From assembly GCF_032191835.1 (NCBI RefSeq), contig NC_083228.1, forward strand, positions 71,982,001-72,046,000: a stretch of 64,000 nt of DNA, given 5' to 3'. The notes beneath the pieces were generated by a model. It worked only from the letters and a program-made list of their open reading frames with translations. It was not told the DNA's origin and made no database searches. How positions within the stretch are numbered: position 1 is the first letter of the stretch; each line of letters begins with the position of its first letter. The position numbers and the translations under genes are program-made. Origin of the DNA: Heteronotia binoei. Taxonomy: Eukaryota. Below are positions 61,151-64,000 of the stretch, piece after piece.

Positions 61151-61719
61151 TCAAAAGAAATGTATATTATTCAACAGACACAGAATTGTTTACATGTTAT
61201 GTTGGGCATGGTTTACGTGTTATGTTGAGCACATTCCTAAAGAAAGTTCTTTAGGAATGTGCCCAACATAACATGTAAACATGATTGCCTGCCACATTCA
61301 GGATCACCCAAGATGGAATCAGCATAATACACGAATTGCCAGCAGCCATATCCATGATTGTCTGGTCCACACATTATTTTTGTGGGTGGGTGTGAAAGTG
61401 CCTGCCCAAGGATTCTTGGTATTGCTTATGCTAAGAAAAAAATGTCTGTTGTGAACTGGTTCAGGTAAAGGAGAATAGCAATGGAGACAAACACCATACC
61501 TCAGAGAGGGACAGAACAAATTAATCTGTGTCCACAGCATCTGTGTAAAATTGCACTGGTTTAATATCCAGGGGATGGTCAGGTAAACATTCTGTCGGCA
61601 TTCTGTCTATGGATACAGACCCTAAGTACAAAGTATTGCCCACAAGTTCGTATGTCTGATATATTTTGATGTAAGTCAAATGAAGCAAATCATTAGCTTT
61701 AGTTTTTATCTGTGAATTA

Positions 61720-61920
61720 TTTATTCATTTATACCCTGACCCTCTCTCCAGTGGGGACCCAAAATAGCTTATATAATTCTCCTCCCCTTCATTTTATCCA
61801 CAAAACAACTTTGTGAGATAGGCTGAGAAGGTGTGACTGGCCCAAAGTCATCCTGCAAGCCTCCATGGAGTGGGGATTCAAACCTGGGTCTCCCAAATAT
61901 TATTGCAACACTGGCTCTCA
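61720..61920 (-). mobile_element. Old tRNA-derived SINE
   Basis: Reverse complement has gagagccagtg..gggagacccaggtttgaatccccact..aggatgactttgggccagtcacac. Confidence 0.65.
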
Positions 61921-62499
61921 CACTAATTATTTGGCGGCTCTCCCCTTGTGTCCCTGGCTCTGCTCACACAAAATTCTGACAGACTATTTCAAGAAAACCA
62001 CTAGTTGGATATCTATACATATACAAAACAAACACTAATAAAAATCCATGCTTTCTGTCCTGCCCAACATCATGGTGGAATCTAACTCTTGAGTCTCTTG
62101 ATTTTTCTTAACGTTGGATTCCATACAGCATCAGATCATTGGGGAAGACAGGAAGATACTTCAGATTAGATGTCTTTGAACATCTTTAATTACTTAAAAA
62201 GAGGGAGATAGGTTTACTTTTTAAAAAGGGGGGGGGCAAGCATGTCAGAGAAGTAGATTCTTTCCTTTTCCTGTGTCTTACCTCCATGAAGTTCCTATCA
62301 CCAAGCTCTTTTCTGACAGCCATAGTTGTTTTCTGGCTTGGGATCCTTAGTAGGAAGAAACCAGCACCCAAATAGCAGCAGATAAGTAAGCTGCAGCCAG
62401 AGGGAAGACTCTCCATTCTCCACCTGCAAGCCCCTCTGCCCTTAAAATCAAATCCTGTCCCTCCCATCCCATCATGCTATGTGGTTGGAGTAAGTTAGA

Positions 62500-62760
62500 C
62501 ATTGAAGAAGAAGAGCCTCCACTCAGGGTCTCAGAGTGGCTCACAAACTCCTTTGTCTTCCTCCCCCACAGCAGACACCCTGTGAGGTGGTTGGGGCTGA
62601 GAGAGCTCTTCCAGAAGCTGCCCTTTCAAGGCCAACCTCTGTGTTAGCTATGGCTGGCCCAAGGCCATTCCAGCAGTTGCAAGTGGAGCAGTGGGGAATC
62701 AAACCCGGTTCTCCCAGATAAGAGTCCATGCATTTAACCACTACACCAAACTGGCTCTCT
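62500..62760 (-). mobile_element. Squam3-type SINE
   Basis: Reverse complement: gagagccagtttggtgtagtggttaaatgcatggactcttatctgggagaaccgggtttgattccccactg...; tail gaagaagaag. Confidence 0.85.
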
Positions 62761-63407
62761 TTGGTTATGTTTAGACAACAGAGCTGCTGCTGTCACATTT
62801 GATTTTTCCCTCAAGTGTTATTCACACTATATCAAGGCTTTGTAAAAAAAAAAAAATTAAGCTGGCCATGGACACTAAAAATCATTAATATCTATGAATA
62901 AGCTCACTCTTTGTTTCCTGCACATCTGTCTATTAACAATCTTATGTTTTCAACTGACCATGATGGCACAAACCAGCTGGTAAAATACTGGGGAAACAAT
63001 TTCAGCTTTCCATCAAGAAAAAATAAACTTTTGAAAAAGAAATGTAACTTTTCCTGGAAAGTTCATTTTAGTTAGAAAATTCAGAAGCAAAAATGTCAAG
63101 AACATCTTCAACAGCACCTACATTAAATGTCACTAGAACGAGAAGGTCTATGGAGTTCTTTTCACAAGCACTTAAAGGAAAGGTCAGACATGAAGCCAAA
63201 GGCCATCAAAGAAACTGGTTGTCTTCCCTTTACAACTGAGCGAGGTCCACTGTGACTAAGGACAAGTGTAATGCTTCTGTTTAGCTATAGCTATTACTGA
63301 ACTATGAAAGAGGGAAGATGGTGAAAACAAACAGCAAAAAAGGTGAGTGGCTCCCTCAGAAATAGACATTCTGGAAGTTGCATTTCCTCTGCCTCACTGG
63401 GGCCTAA

Positions 63408-64000
63408 TGTAAGCCTAAATGCCCTCAAAACGAGGTTGGGGAATTAGTTAGGTGGGCACCTGGCTCACTAGGAATCTTTTTACCAATATATACAAGGCTC
63501 AACCATCCGGAGGGTGATGCTCAATAAAAGGACTCTAATTTAATAAAACCAATTGTAATTTATTTAGAAAAATATAGTTCTTCCATACAAGATAAAAATA
63601 CAATACAATCACACATTCACATAGTCCTAAGAAACACAGATAGATTGATAGGGGAACATATAAGGGTAAACAGACAGGGCGCTATTACCTCTCGTAGTCT
63701 TCAAGGAAGGCTCCGGTGGCGACAATTGAGGGAATGGGGGAGGACCCGAAACTTATCAGGAATCGGGGATGGATCTATGCAGCGGAATGTGGGTTGCTGA
63801 TAGAAGCACACCTGTGGGTAGCTAGTCCACAGGTTATAAGGACTCACCTGAGCCCTCAGGGGATGGGAGGCAACGGGGAGGAGAAAGGGGAGGCTCTGTG
63901 ATGACCATGAAGGCTGGACATTAGCAGAGCCAATGGCGAGTCCCTTGGTGACACCTAATTGGGTGTCTGTTTTGACCAATGAACTTCACCTTAGTCCTGG
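63408..64000 (-). mobile_element. LTR (3' end at 63408) running off the window edge
   Basis: Minus strand ends ...ggcttACA, with AATAAA upstream (tttattt at ~63560) and LTR-like promoter composition further out. Confidence 0.5.

Noticed and set aside
62270-62330. Minus-strand donor-like site (..GAACTTCATGGAG|GTAAGA) as another SORCS3 exon
   Set aside because: The upstream frame (MAVRKELGDRNFME) does not match any SORCS peptide I recall.
1-64000. Global antisense orientation bias of retroelements relative to SORCS3
   Set aside because: Both L1s, the ERV and BovB are antisense, but a large L2, the largest CR1, the Gypsy and two LTRs are sense. Counts are too small and mixed.
1-64000. CRISPR arrays, prokaryotic operons or defence systems
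   Set aside because: The sequence is vertebrate intronic DNA. No repeat-spacer arrays were found, and all tandem repeats lack unique spacers.

Overview
Eukaryotic (vertebrate) genomic DNA, almost certainly a squamate reptile and probably a gecko, judged from Squam3-type SINEs, BovB, CR1 with (TTCTTATG)n tails and squamate-type L1. It is a draft assembly with three N-gaps. The only host coding sequence I can support is one 65-bp minus-strand exon (9213-9277) of a VPS10P-domain receptor, best matching SORCS3 (the exon encoding ...WSVSGLDKEPDLVHMEARTTDGY...). The rest of the window therefore looks like SORCS3 intron filled with layered, nested transposons. The large elements are: a near full-length but dead L1 (2.6-8.2 kb) sitting in a degenerate ~240-bp tandem array; two L2s; several CR1s, one with a 530-codon open RT frame; a class I (gamma/epsilon-like) endogenous retrovirus (26.0-30.8 kb) that has lost integrase, env and a recognisable PBS; and a Ty3/Gypsy element (52.3-57.0 kb) with its YxDD motif deleted and a solo LTR inserted in its integrase. 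Smaller elements include a BovB, hAT MITEs with clean 8-bp TSDs, two 287-bp CpG-rich hairpin MITEs with co-varying arms, an inverted pair of Penelope-type hammerhead-ribozyme relics and two unclassified AT-rich inserts. Most ORFs in the supplied track are TE fragments or chance frames. I found no convincing new multi-gene system. The best leads are the hairpin MITEs, the ERV and its leader, the ribozyme relics and the unclassified inserts. Family names come from recalled motifs, not database searches.
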